Assembly (NCBI GenBank): GCA_012728115.1
Contig: JAAYFS010000002.1
Coordinates: forward strand, 4,818-68,817
Direction of reading: 5' to 3'
Source of the DNA: Bacillota bacterium
GTDB lineage: Bacteria; Bacillota; Limnochordia; Darwinibacteriales; JAAYFS01
Length of the DNA: 64,000 bases
This document shows positions 1 through 10,900 of the stretch, one piece after another. The first letter of the stretch is position 1; every line of letters begins with the position of its first letter. A program made the translations under genes and the position numbers. The notes beneath the pieces are model-generated. The model had not been told where the DNA came from and did not search any database. It saw nothing but the letters and a program-made list of their open reading frames with translations.

Positions 1-2
1 AT

Positions 3-1757
3 GCGATGTTGAAACAGACAGGGATGGTGAAGCACAACCAGCATTCAAATGATCGCATCCTAGATTCAAATGCGCTAGAACGTGAGCGTGGCATTACCAT
101 TTTAGCGAAGAATATCTCGGTTCCATACAAGGATTATAAAATAAATATTGTTGATACCCCTGGGCATGCGGATTTTGGAGGGGAAGTTGAGCGAGTTCTT
201 GGTATGGTAGATGGCGCAATTCTGGTAGTGGATGCAGCTGAAGGACCGATGCCCCAAACCCGTTTTGTATTGCAAAAAGCACTGGAACACAAATTAACCT
301 TGATTGTAGTAATAAATAAGGTGGATCGTCCGTTAGCTCAACCACACAAGGCGGTGGAAGAGGTATTCGATCTTTTAATTGCTCTAGGCGCAGATGATGA
401 ACAATTGGATTTTCCTGTGTATTATGCATCTGCTTTATCTGGAGTAGCGACCATGAATCTAGATAGTTTTGGTTCGGAGGGGACGATTTTCCCAATCCTA
501 GAAGGGGTTATTTCCTATGTTCCTGCGCCAGAAGTAGGTGTGGGCAGATCCCTACAAGTGTTGGTGAGTAATCTCGATTATGATGATTATGTAGGTCGAA
601 TTGCTGTTGGTAGAGTGCATCAAGGGGAAATCAGACAAGGACAAGAAATATTAATTACTCATGATGGTGAAACAGAGGTTAAAAAAGGGAAGATCGCTCT
701 ACTATACACGTTTGAAGGATTAAACCGTAAACCTATTGAAATGGCAGGTGCGGGTGATATTGTGGCTTTTAGTGGAGTTGATGAAATTCAAATCGGTGAT
801 ACCGTTAATCAACTCGATAATCCATTGCCTCTACCTTCACTAAAAATTGATGAACCTACGATGACCATGATTTTTCGCGTCAACGATTCACCCTTTGCTG
901 GTCAAGATGGCACATATCTAACTTCACGCCATTTAAGAGATCGTTTATTGCGAGAAGAGAAGACAAACGTTGCCCTTAAGGTAAGTGCTACCGATTCGCC
1001 AGAGGCTTTCTTAGTGGCTGGTAGAGGAGAACTTCATTTAAGCGTATTGATCGAAACAATGAGAAGAGAAGGATATGAATTCTGTGTTTCCAAGCCCGAA
1101 CCAATCTTGCGTCAGGGCGACTCTGGTGTAGAAGAACCTTACGAATTATTGGTTGTCGACGTTCCTAAGGATTATTTTGGCGCCGTCATGGAGTTGATTG
1201 GAGTCCGCAAAGGCGAACTTCAAACCATGGATCAAGTAGGAGATCGTTTGAAAGCACAATTCGTGATTCCAGCAAGGGGCCTGATCGGATTCGCTTCGCT
1301 CTTTTTAACCGAGACCAAGGGGTATGGAGTTATGCACCACGTCTTTTCGCATTATGGAGCTTGGGCAGGGCAGATTCCGACAAGGCAGACAGGAAGTATT
1401 ATTGCGTGGGAGACAGGAATTGCGACCAGCTATGCTTTGCAAAACGCTGAACAAAGAGGAACTTTATTTATCGAACCAGGAACCCATGTTTATGCTGGTA
1501 TGGTGGTAGGCGAAAACAACAGATCGGAAGATCTAGATTTTAATGTGGTGAAGAAAAAACATGTAACCAATATGAGGGCTGCTGGTTCAGAAGATACAGT
1601 TAAGCTTGTTCCACCGCGAGTTTTTAGTCTTGAACAAGCGATCGCATTTTTAGCAAATGATGAGTATCTTGAAGTTACACCAAAATCATTGCGGATGAGG
1701 AAGGCGATTCTCGATAGAAACCTACGAGAAAGAAGCAAGAAACAAACGAGTAAATAA
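3..1757 (+). CDS. typA: GTP-binding translational GTPase TypA/BipA (5' end outside the window)
   Basis: The ORF runs from the window edge. It carries the translational GTPase G-domain motifs ([13 protein letters not shown]) and a BipA-like C-terminus. The N-terminal ~30 aa are missing because of the window edge. Confidence 0.9.
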   Translation, partial: AMLKQTGMVKHNQHSNDRILDSNALERERGITILAKNISVPYKDYKINIVDTPGHADFGGEVERVLGMVDGAILVVDAAEGPMPQTRFVLQKALEHKLTLIVVINKVDRPLAQPHKAVEEVFDLLIALGADDEQLDFPVYYASALSGVATMNLDSFGSEGTIFPILEGVISYVPAPEVGVGRSLQVLVSNLDYDDYVGRIAVGRVHQGEIRQGQEILITHDGETEVKKGKIALLYTFEGLNRKPIEMAGAGDIVAFSGVDEIQIGDTVNQLDNPLPLPSLKIDEPTMTMIFRVNDSPFAGQDGTYLTSRHLRDRLLREEKTNVALKVSATDSPEAFLVAGRGELHLSVLIETMRREGYEFCVSKPEPILRQGDSGVEEPYELLVVDVPKDYFGAVMELIGVRKGELQTMDQVGDRLKAQFVIPARGLIGFASLFLTETKGYGVMHHVFSHYGAWAGQIPTRQTGSIIAWETGIATSYALQNAEQRGTLFIEPGTHVYAGMVVGENNRSEDLDFNVVKKKHVTNMRAAGSEDTVKLVPPRVFSLEQAIAFLANDEYLEVTPKSLRMRKAILDRNLRERSKKQTSK

Positions 1758-1810
1758 AAAAGTTTTACTAGAGGCTGTGGCTAGGTGGGCAAAATAGTCA
1801 ACAAAAAATG

Positions 1811-1841
1811 TGGCGGATAGGAATCAATAACCTATCCGCCA
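1811..1841. terminator. Bidirectional rho-independent terminator between typA (+) and the UPF0178 gene (-)
   Basis: An 11-bp GC-rich inverted repeat tggcggatagg / cctatccgcca with a 9-nt loop, followed by T-rich sequence. It overlaps the last codons of the minus-strand ORF. Confidence 0.6.
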
Positions 1842-2285
1842 TTGATCATTCTGTAGAAGTATCGTTAAGGCCATTTCAAATTTCTTGTTGTCCGATTCTG
1901 TTCGCTTTTTCGGCCCCTTAGTTTTTCCACCCATGCGGCGGTAACGAGCCATCAATGAGCGATGCTCCAGTAACTGTTCGATGTTATCATTGGAATAAAT
2001 ATAACCCGATGGCGAAAGAGCAAAAGCCTCTCTGGCGAGGACTAAAGCAGCTAACCCATAATCTTGTGTTACGATAATATCTCCTGGATCCGTGTTATTC
2101 ACAATCGCATAATCTGCTGCATCAGGTTCACTACCTACAATGATGTGGTTTTCGTTATCGATTACGTGGTTGATTGATGCTACAGTCAGAAGTTCGAATC
2201 CGTAAACATTTTTCTTGTTTCTAATAATTTCTAGGCATGACCGAGGACAAGCATCAGCATCAACGATAACTTTTCTTATCTGCAT
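1824..2285 (-). CDS. YaiI/UPF0178 (DUF188) family protein
   Basis: The N-terminal motif 'VIVDADACP' matches the YaiI family signature 'WVDADACP'. The length is about 150 aa. Confidence 0.7.
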   Translation of the reverse strand: MQIRKVIVDADACPRSCLEIIRNKKNVYGFELLTVASINHVIDNENHIIVGSEPDAADYAIVNNTDPGDIIVTQDYGLAALVLAREAFALSPSGYIYSNDNIEQLLEHRSLMARYRRMGGKTKGPKKRTESDNKKFEMALTILLQNDQWRIGY

Positions 2286-2306
2286 TTTGCACCTCGCAAG
2301 ATTACG

Positions 2307-4292
2307 TTAGTAATGTTTCAGCTGGAGTAAGGATGAGAAATACTCCCTCACAATCGGCGCAGCTACAGCCCCGCCAATACCACCTTCTTCAACTATTAGA
2401 GCGAAGGCCAAATTCTTGCCGCCAAAGTTTTCGATATAACCAGCAAACCAAGCATGAGAAGGTTGATTAGTAACTTCAGCTGTACCAGTCTTGCCAGCAA
2501 CTACTAAGTTCTCAACAGCAGCTTGCCTACCTGTACCTTCTAAAACCACTTTTTCTAGCATCATCTTCATTTCCGTTGCAGTTTCGGGTTGAATCACTTG
2601 GTCAGCGTCTTCGGCTCTACCTTCGATCAGGTAAGGTTTCTTTAGCATTCCATTATTGGCAAAGACCGAGAAAAGCGAAGCCATGTGGTATGGAGTAAGT
2701 AAAACTTGGTCCTGCCCAATTGCACTCCAAGCTAAGGCGACTTGACTACGGTTAGGATTCCCAATTTGTCCCGCATTTGCAGGCAGCGATAGTTCTGGAC
2801 GTTGATCTAATTGGAAACGAGAAAAATATTCTCTAAATGTTGGAGCGCCGAGCTCAAGCCCTACTTTAGCCATCGTAGTATTAATCGATTTAACCAGTGC
2901 GTCCGTCAAGGTATGTTCTCCAAAAGATTGTCCTTCAAAATTACGGATAATGTTTCCTTGCACTACTATTTCTCCCGAATCATTAAACTCGCTTAATGCG
3001 GAAAACGTTCCTGTTTCCAAAGCGATAGCTGCGGTTAGTGCTTTAAAAGCAGAACCAGGAGGGTACCTTCCTTGCAGTGCTCTGTTGAACATTGGTCTAG
3101 ATGGTTCGGAGTTTAATTCTTGCCAGCGGATATTACTTATTCCAATAATGAACTCATTTGGATCATAGCTCGGAGTGGAAGCTAGAACCAAGATTTCACC
3201 AGTTTCTGCATCAATAATCACGAAGGAAGCCTTTCGGGAACCAAGAACTTGCACAGCGAGCTCCTGCATGCCGATGTCGAGTGTAAGTTGAATATCTTCC
3301 CCATGTTTTACAGGTGTTTCAGCAAATAAGACTGGTTCTGAACTATTGGAAGAACGAACAAAGAAATGATAACCTACGTGTCCACGCAAAATAGCTTCTT
3401 CCCCATATTCTAAACCACTTCGACCAACACGTTCGCCGACTTGGTACTCCCGTTCAGGATACTGAGCAATCATTTCTGCGCTTACTTCTCCTAAATATCC
3501 TGTTATATGAGCGACGGCTTCACCAGATGGATACACTCTGCTGGGATTACGTCGGAAAAACACCCCAGGAATAGGTCGTAGGATCTGATTGATTTCTTCA
3601 TAGTAACTTTCGGAAACGGTGATTAAGGGAACGAACCAGTGATCTTGCACGCCAGGGGCTTGATATTGACTGCGAATATAACTCTCGCTAAGTCCCAGCA
3701 TCTCATTGAGAGTTGTAAAAAGCCTTACTGGGTCGCTAATTCTTCCAGGTTGCACTCCAATGGTGATTGTGCTTCCCTCGCCAGCAAGCAAGTAACCGTT
3801 GCGATCGTAAATACTACCGCGTTCGGGAAACACTATTTCCCGCTCGTATTCTGCATTAAGACCGATAGTAGGGAGTGGTAAATCGTCTGCCCATACTATT
3901 TTCCAGTCAAAATAGTTTTCTCTTTCCAATCGTAGATTAATTGTGATGGTGATCGGGTCAAAATATGTACTAGAGTATTCGATCTTTGCTTGATATTCCG
4001 CGTCCAAAAGGGATTCTTTGATTGGCTCGAAATCAACGATTTCTATTTCTGTTAAGCCAAAGGCATCTGCAAATTTTTTAAAGTTATCAACTAAAGTTGC
4101 GCTCGATGGGAATTGTTCTTCGCCATGGTAGAACGAAGTAAGTTGACCATAGCTTTTTTCGCTCAGAGCGGTTAAATAGTCTTCCGCTACCTCCAATGAA
4201 GTGGGATAAAGGAAATTATATGATAGTATGCCTCCTCCGATCACAAGTGCTAAAATCACCACAACTATGGCAAAATAACGCACAGCAAGCAC
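2307..4292 (-). CDS. Class B penicillin-binding protein (transpeptidase) with an N-terminal membrane anchor and an NTF2/MecA_N-like domain
   Basis: The SxxK (GSAFK), SxN-like and KTGTA (AGKTGTAEV) transpeptidase motifs are present. There is one N-terminal TM helix and a ~150-aa pre-transpeptidase domain. Confidence 0.85.
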   Translation of the reverse strand: MLAVRYFAIVVVILALVIGGGILSYNFLYPTSLEVAEDYLTALSEKSYGQLTSFYHGEEQFPSSATLVDNFKKFADAFGLTEIEIVDFEPIKESLLDAEYQAKIEYSSTYFDPITITINLRLERENYFDWKIVWADDLPLPTIGLNAEYEREIVFPERGSIYDRNGYLLAGEGSTITIGVQPGRISDPVRLFTTLNEMLGLSESYIRSQYQAPGVQDHWFVPLITVSESYYEEINQILRPIPGVFFRRNPSRVYPSGEAVAHITGYLGEVSAEMIAQYPEREYQVGERVGRSGLEYGEEAILRGHVGYHFFVRSSNSSEPVLFAETPVKHGEDIQLTLDIGMQELAVQVLGSRKASFVIIDAETGEILVLASTPSYDPNEFIIGISNIRWQELNSEPSRPMFNRALQGRYPPGSAFKALTAAIALETGTFSALSEFNDSGEIVVQGNIIRNFEGQSFGEHTLTDALVKSINTTMAKVGLELGAPTFREYFSRFQLDQRPELSLPANAGQIGNPNRSQVALAWSAIGQDQVLLTPYHMASLFSVFANNGMLKKPYLIEGRAEDADQVIQPETATEMKMMLEKVVLEGTGRQAAVENLVVAGKTGTAEVTNQPSHAWFAGYIENFGGKNLAFALIVEEGGIGGAVAAPIVREYFSSLLQLKHY

Positions 4293-4432
4293 CTCCCAGG
4301 GTCTGTTGTATTAATCTAATTAAACTCTTTTCAAAAGAAACCCTTTTCTAATCTATTTATGGTTAGGCAGGATTTCCATTTTATCTCCAGAAATGAACGT
4401 TAATCGAAAATGCATTAAACGGAGGGAAATCA

Positions 4433-6244
4433 ATGGAACAAGATAAGGCTATGAGACTTCATCGCCAAGATATCCCTGTGGAACAGACTTGGCGTTTAGA
4501 GGACATTTACAATACAATTGAAGCTTGGGAAGCTGATCTACAAGAATTGCGAAATGATGTAACTTCGATAACAAAATTCAAAGGCAGGCTGAATGAAGGA
4601 GCCTCAGTGCTCTTAGAATGCCTTTTAGCGCAGGAGGAATTTTCCAAGAAAGTTATCAAAGTTAGTTCATATGCGAATTTGCGTTTTTCTGAGGATAGTA
4701 CTAATCCAGAAAATCAAGCAAATGCCGCAAAAGCATCAGGCGTTCTTGCTGAGCTCGAGGCATCGTTATCATTTGTAGATTCCGAAATCCTGGAGCTTCC
4801 AGATGGCAGAATTGAAGAATATCTTGAACAGGAACCTGGATTGGAACCATTCCGCAGAGTTTTGCTCGATCTTTTAGAAAAGAAACCCTATCGTCTAAGT
4901 CCTGAAACAGAAAAAGCCCTAGCAGCCCTAAGTGAAATCCATGGTGCTCCATATATGACTTATCAGCGGACGAAACTATCTGATATGCAATTTGAACCGT
5001 TCAAGGATAGTAAGGGGAATGAATTACCAGTTTCATTTTCACTTTTTGAAGAGCAATATGAAATGGATCCCGATCCAAACGTGCGTAGAGCTGCCTACCA
5101 GTCTTTCACTAAAGGGTTAAAACAGTATCAAAATACTTTGGGAGCGACTTTCGCAACTGAAGTAAAGAAGCATGTGGTTTTAGCTAAACTGAGAGGTTAC
5201 GAGTCAGCTACCCATATGTTTTTACATTCACAGGACGTAACTCCAAAGATGTATCATACGCTTTTGGACGTGATTCAAAAAGAACTTGCTCCCCATATGC
5301 GTAAATATGCCCGCTTAAAGAAAAGGGTATTGGGATTAGACAAAATGATGTTTTGTGACCTAAAAGCCCCATTGGATCCTGAATTCGAACAAAAAGTTAC
5401 TTACGACGAAGCCACCGAACTAGTACTAGAATCGCTTAAAATCCTGGGCGATGAGTACAATGAATTTATGAAAAAGGCTTTGACCGAAAGATGGGTTGAT
5501 CGGGCAGATAATATTGGGAAAGCAACTGGAGCTTTTTGTAGTGGCACCTATGGTGTACATCCCTTTATTTTAATGACTTGGTCTGATTCAATGCGCGCGA
5601 TCTTTACCTTGGTACACGAATTAGGTCATGCTGGTCATTTTTGTCTAGCAGGTCGATATCAGAGATTAGCGAACCTATGGCCTTCCAACTATTGTGGCGA
5701 AGCTCCTTCAACGATGAATGAACTCCTTCTAGGAAAATATATTCTCGAAAAATCGACAGATCCGAGGGTGAAACGATCAGTTATCTTGGAATTTTTGGGA
5801 ACCTACTATCATAACTTTGTAACTCACCTGTTAGAGGGGGAACTACAAAGACGAATTTACGAATTAGCAGAAAAAGGAGTCCCTATCAATGCGAGTGTAT
5901 TGTCCGAACAAAAAGGAAATATCCTTTCTGAGTTCTGGGGCGATACCGTTGAGATAGACGATGGAGCTAAATTGACCTGGATGCGTCAACCACATTACTA
6001 CCTTGGTCTCTACTCCTACACCTATTCCGCAGGTTTAACAGCGGCAACAGTTTGTAGACAAAAATTTGATGAAGAAGGGCAACCTGCCGTTGAACGCTGG
6101 TTAGAAATGCTGAAAGCAGGCGGAACACTCAAACCGCTAGAACTCTTTAAACTGGCTGGTGTAGATATGTCAACGGCTGAACCGATTCGTCAAGCAGTAG
6201 CGTATGTAGGTCAACTGATCGACGAATTAGAAACATATTTCTAA
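4433..6244 (+). CDS. pepF: Oligoendopeptidase F (M3B family)
   Basis: It has the HEXXH zinc motif 'VHELGHAGHF' and is 603 aa with a typical M3B architecture. The RBS is 'ggaggg'. Confidence 0.9.
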   Translation: MEQDKAMRLHRQDIPVEQTWRLEDIYNTIEAWEADLQELRNDVTSITKFKGRLNEGASVLLECLLAQEEFSKKVIKVSSYANLRFSEDSTNPENQANAAKASGVLAELEASLSFVDSEILELPDGRIEEYLEQEPGLEPFRRVLLDLLEKKPYRLSPETEKALAALSEIHGAPYMTYQRTKLSDMQFEPFKDSKGNELPVSFSLFEEQYEMDPDPNVRRAAYQSFTKGLKQYQNTLGATFATEVKKHVVLAKLRGYESATHMFLHSQDVTPKMYHTLLDVIQKELAPHMRKYARLKKRVLGLDKMMFCDLKAPLDPEFEQKVTYDEATELVLESLKILGDEYNEFMKKALTERWVDRADNIGKATGAFCSGTYGVHPFILMTWSDSMRAIFTLVHELGHAGHFCLAGRYQRLANLWPSNYCGEAPSTMNELLLGKYILEKSTDPRVKRSVILEFLGTYYHNFVTHLLEGELQRRIYELAEKGVPINASVLSEQKGNILSEFWGDTVEIDDGAKLTWMRQPHYYLGLYSYTYSAGLTAATVCRQKFDEEGQPAVERWLEMLKAGGTLKPLELFKLAGVDMSTAEPIRQAVAYVGQLIDELETYF

Positions 6245-6263
6245 GCAAAGGGTTGATTAAAAA

Positions 6264-6290
6264 GGGGGGTAGATTAGCCCTCCTTTTTTC
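6264..6290 (+). terminator. Rho-independent terminator after pepF
   Basis: A gggggg...ccctcc stem followed by a tttttt run. Confidence 0.55.
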
Positions 6291-6340
6291 TTGGATTTCT
6301 TAGGAAAAAGGAATAATTTTGCAGAAGGTTTTAATACATC

Positions 6341-7225
6341 ATGGAAAGAATTTCTTCCCCTGTGCCATTAAGAAATCGGCGAGGAGGAAGGAAGATAAGG
6401 GAAATGCGTAGCAATTATTACGAAAGAATTATTCTCAGTATAGGCGTTCTAGGATTGGTTAGTTTATTATGGGGTACCGCACTAAATTATTTTCGTTCGT
6501 GGGAAAGCACTTTTGTTTTGGCGATAGTATTAGCGACGGTGCTCACAATCTTAATAGCGATTTGCGTCACATTCTATTTAAACACTGCCTATCAAGGGAG
6601 GCTTTACCAGGACCAAATTGAGAAGAATGAGCTACAAAAAATGGCTATCGAAACTTTAAGAGAACAAAGACATGACATTCTTAACGATCTCGCACTAATT
6701 TCCTCATATCTACAATTACAACGCTACAAAGAAGCACAAAACTACCTAGAACTAACAGCAGCAAGTCTATCTGATAAATACAATATCATCGATTTGCCTT
6801 ATGATGCATGGCTAACGTTGATTCGTATCAAACAAGAGGAAGCTGAAAAACGCGATATCATCCTTAACATTTCGATGGACGCACCATCGCCAGCAGATAT
6901 CAATGAACGAAGACTCTTACCGAAACTAACAGCTAATTTATTGGATAATGCTTTTGACGCTGTTTGCGGTGTTCCATCACCATATGTCGAGTTACGTTGG
7001 TATATGAAGGATGATTGCAGGGTGCTAAGTGTCGAGAATAATGGTCCTGAGATTGATCCAGATATTATGTCAAAGGTTTGGAAACCTGGATACTCTTCGA
7101 AGAAGAGAGATGGAGCTGGGTGGGGTTTAGCAATTTGCAAAAAAATCGCCGAGGAGTTAGGCGGCGATTTAGTTTTAACCTCCACAAAGGGGAAAACGAA
7201 CTTTTCTTTATTTTTATATGGATAG
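6341..7225 (+). CDS. Orphan sensor histidine kinase (two TM helices, SPOB_a-type H-box, HATPase_c)
   Basis: The H-box 'REQRHDILNDL' matches the CitA/DcuS/SPOB_a family. The ATP-lid/N-box motifs are 'LLDNAFDAV' and 'GAGWGLAICKKIAEELGG'. There are two N-terminal TM helices. The true start may be the downstream Met at 6404. Confidence 0.8.
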   Translation: MERISSPVPLRNRRGGRKIREMRSNYYERIILSIGVLGLVSLLWGTALNYFRSWESTFVLAIVLATVLTILIAICVTFYLNTAYQGRLYQDQIEKNELQKMAIETLREQRHDILNDLALISSYLQLQRYKEAQNYLELTAASLSDKYNIIDLPYDAWLTLIRIKQEEAEKRDIILNISMDAPSPADINERRLLPKLTANLLDNAFDAVCGVPSPYVELRWYMKDDCRVLSVENNGPEIDPDIMSKVWKPGYSSKKRDGAGWGLAICKKIAEELGGDLVLTSTKGKTNFSLFLYG

Positions 7226-7228
7226 AGG

Positions 7229-7855
7229 GTGAAATATTTGGTCAAAAACGTTCTCTTAACTGGATTTGAACCCTTCGGTGGTGAAAAGATCAATCCCAGT
7301 TGGGAAGTTGTAAAGAACGTCAAAGAACGAAAAATTGAAGGAGCAACGATTGAAGCAGTTCAACTCCCATGTGTGTATAATCTCGCGGTGAAAGAGGCGA
7401 TTAAAAAAATAAGGGAGTCTGAACCATGCGTTGTTATCTCTCTTGGCCAGGCAGGAGGAAGACCTGATATCTCGATCGAGCGAGTTGCTTTAAATGTTCA
7501 AGATGCCACGATTGCTGATAATGCGGGGAACAAGAGAACAGAAGAACGAATAAATCAAGATTCCGTTGATGCGTATTTTTCCACCTTACCATTGACGGAA
7601 ATTGTTGATGTACTACGAGATAATAATATCCCTGTGCGAATCTCAAATTCCGCAGGAACCTATGTCTGTAACGATTTAATGTATGGGGTGCTTGAATATA
7701 TCAAAAGAGAAGAATTAAGGACTTTAGCTGGTTTTATTCATGTACCGTACTTACCAGAACAAGCTGTAAAGCATCCTGGCACAGCATCAATGAGTCTGGA
7801 TTTAATGGAACAAGCACTAGAGCTAATTATTAAAATTGCGTTAAAATATATTTGA
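7229..7855 (+). CDS. pcp: Pyrrolidone-carboxylate peptidase (C15)
   Basis: The N-terminus 'VLLTGFEPFGGEKINPSWE' is typical Pcp, with a C15 Cys/His context. It has a GTG start. Confidence 0.9.
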   Translation: MKYLVKNVLLTGFEPFGGEKINPSWEVVKNVKERKIEGATIEAVQLPCVYNLAVKEAIKKIRESEPCVVISLGQAGGRPDISIERVALNVQDATIADNAGNKRTEERINQDSVDAYFSTLPLTEIVDVLRDNNIPVRISNSAGTYVCNDLMYGVLEYIKREELRTLAGFIHVPYLPEQAVKHPGTASMSLDLMEQALELIIKIALKYI

Positions 7856-7868
7856 CAAAATGTTATGT

Positions 7869-7906
7869 CCTAGTGTATAGTGGAAAAATAATCCACGTAC
7901 ACTAGG
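7869..7906. promoter_or_regulatory. Nested inverted repeat between pcp and pyc (a 9-bp outer stem enclosing a 5-bp inner hairpin)
   Basis: cctagtgta...tacactagg, with gtgga-aaaataa-tccac inside. No T-tract follows. The pyc RBS (ggggga) is immediately downstream. Confidence 0.4.
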
Positions 7907-7915
7907 GGGATACGG

Positions 7916-10900
7916 ATGAGTCTGTTAAAGTTCAAGAAAATACTTGTAGCTAATCGCGGAGAAATAGCAATCCGCATTTTTCGCGCTTGTAGTGAATTAC
8001 AAATAAGAACGGTAGCGATCTATGCTAAGCAGGACGAGTTAAGTCTCCATCGTTTCAAGGCAGATGAAGCCTACCTTGTGGGAGAAGGAAAAGGACCGAT
8101 AGAAGCTTACCTCGATATCGAGGATATTATCTCTATAGCAAAACGAAATGAAGTGGATGCGATCCACCCTGGTTATGGTTTTCTAGCCGAAAACGAAAAA
8201 TTCGCTAGACGTTGCCTCGAAGAAGGTATTGCATTTATAGGTCCGAAAGCGGAACACTTGCGGATGTTTGGTGACAAACTAGAGGCACGATTACAAGCCG
8301 CGAAAGCTGGAATTCCGGTCCTGCCGGGAACTAACAAGCCAGTAAACAAATTAGAGGAAATAAAGGATTTTGCCACAAAGTATGGTTATCCAATTATTAT
8401 CAAAGCGGCAGCTGGTGGTGGCGGACGGGGCATGCGGATCGTTTCTAAAGAGGAGGAAGTAAAAGAAGCTTTTGAACGGGCCTGTTCGGAAGCTAATGCT
8501 TCGTTTGGCAATCCGGCGGTTTATCTTGAATACTATTTAGAAAATCCTAAGCATATCGAGGTTCAGATCCTTGGTGACTATCAGGGAAATATAGTACATC
8601 TATTCGAGCGTGACTGCTCTGTGCAAAGGCGTCACCAAAAGCTAGTGGAAGTAGCGCCTAGCGTTGCGATTGATGAAGAATTACGAACCAAGCTTTGTGA
8701 TGCCGCTGTTAGACTGATGAAACAAGTAAATTACGTCAATGCGGGTACAGTAGAATTTCTCGTTTCGGGCAAAGAGTTTTACTTTATCGAGATTAATCCT
8801 AGGATTCAGGTTGAGCATACCATCACCGAAATGGTTACAGGTATCGATATTGTTCAAGCGCAAATTAAAATTGCGGCGGGTTATCGGCTTGATTCCCCTG
8901 AAATTGGTATTTGTTCACAAAATCAAATTACGCGTCGCGGATATGCAATCCAGTGTCGGGTAACCACAGAGGATCCAGAAAATGATTTTGCTCCTGATTC
9001 TGGGCGTATCTTGGTTTATCGAACTAGTGGTGGCTTTGGAACTAGGTTGGATGGGGGCAATGGTTTTACGGGAGCAAATATCATGCCATACTATGATTCG
9101 CTTTTGGTAAAAATATCGGTTTGGGCATTAACTTATGAACAAGCTGTTCAGAAGATGATTCGCAATTTACGCGAAACTCGGATTCGAGGGGTAAAAACTA
9201 ACATCCCATTTTTGGAAAATGTCATTCACCATAAGTCGTTTCGCAGGGGTGAATATAACACCAATTTTGTAAATGATACACCAGAACTTTTTGAATTCAA
9301 ACTTGTCCGTGACCGTGGCACCAAATTACTCCACTACCTTGGTGAGGTAACGATTAATGGATATCAAGGAATAGAAAGACAGGTTGGGAAACCCGATTTT
9401 GCGATCCCAATTATACCGAAATTATGTTCTAAAGAAACTTCAGCCGCTAGAGATATTACCCTTAGTGGAACAAAACAAATCCTTGAGCAAGAAGGATCCG
9501 CTGGGTTGATCGCATGGATTAAGAATCAAAAAAATTTGTTAATTACCGATACCACTTTCCGTGATGCGCATCAATCGCTATATGCTACAAGATTTAGAAC
9601 TAGAGATTTCGTTAATATTGCCGAATCAACAAGTAGATTAATCCCCAACCTATTCTCCCTCGAGATGTGGGGAGGGGCTACTTTTGATGTGAGTATGCGA
9701 TTTTTAAAAGAAGATCCATGGGAAAGATTACGTTTAATTCGTGATCGGATGCCAAATATCTTGCTTCAAATGCTTCTACGCGGCGCTAATGCAGTTGGAT
9801 ATAAGAGTTATCCCGATAACGTAATCAATCGATTTGTAAAAGAAACTGCAAGGCAAGGTATTGATGTTTTTAGAATATTCGATAGCCTCAATTGGCTTGA
9901 AGGAATGCGCTTTGCGATCGATTCCGTTTTAGAAACAGGGAAGATTGCTGAAGTTGCTATTTGTTATACAGGCGATATCCATGATCCACAAAGAAAGAAA
10001 TATAACTTAGATTACTATATTAATTTAGCAAAAGAAATCGAAAAAACAGGAGCACATATCCTGGCAATCAAGGATATGGCTGGCTTGCTTAAGCCATTTG
10101 CCGCCTATGATTTGATCTCCGCTTTGAAGAATGAAGTAGATATGCCGATTCACATACATACCCATGACCTGAGTGGCAATGGCATTGCGATGTATCTGGA
10201 AGCTTTTCGCGCTGGAGCCGACATCGTGGATGTAGCGATCAGTACAATGTCGGGGCTTACGTCTCAACCAAGCTTTAACGCCTTAGTTGCAGCCTTAGAA
10301 AGACAAAAAGGATGCCCAGAGTTCTCCTTAGAGAATCTAAATCTATTATCAAATTATTGGGAGAAGGTTCGCTCGTATTATCAAGCTTTCGATTCTGGGA
10401 TTAAGTCTACCAGCACAGAAGTATATTTTCACGAGATGCCAGGGGGACAGTACAGCAATCTTCAACAACAAGCAAAAGCGATAGGTTTAGCAAATCGCTG
10501 GGATGAGATAAAAAGGATGTATCAAACCGTCAATATGATGTTTGGTGATATAGTGAAAGTCACCCCTTCATCAAAAGTGGTGGGAGATATGGCACTTTTC
10601 ATGGTGCAAAATGATTTGACCGAAGAAGATATATACCATCGAGGAGAAACTTTGGATTTTCCCGATTCAGTGGTGCAATTTTTCCAAGGACAAATGGGTA
10701 AACCATATCAAGGGTTCCCACAAAAACTTCAACGGATCATCCTTAAAGGAAAAGAACCACTTACTTGTCGTCCAGGGAAAATGTTAGAACCGATCGACTT
10801 TAACCAAGTTAAGTCGTATTTAGAGGAGAAATTTGCCTGTATGATGGAGGAAGCGGATATTCTTTCTTACTTAATGTATCCGCAGATTTTTGAAGAATTC

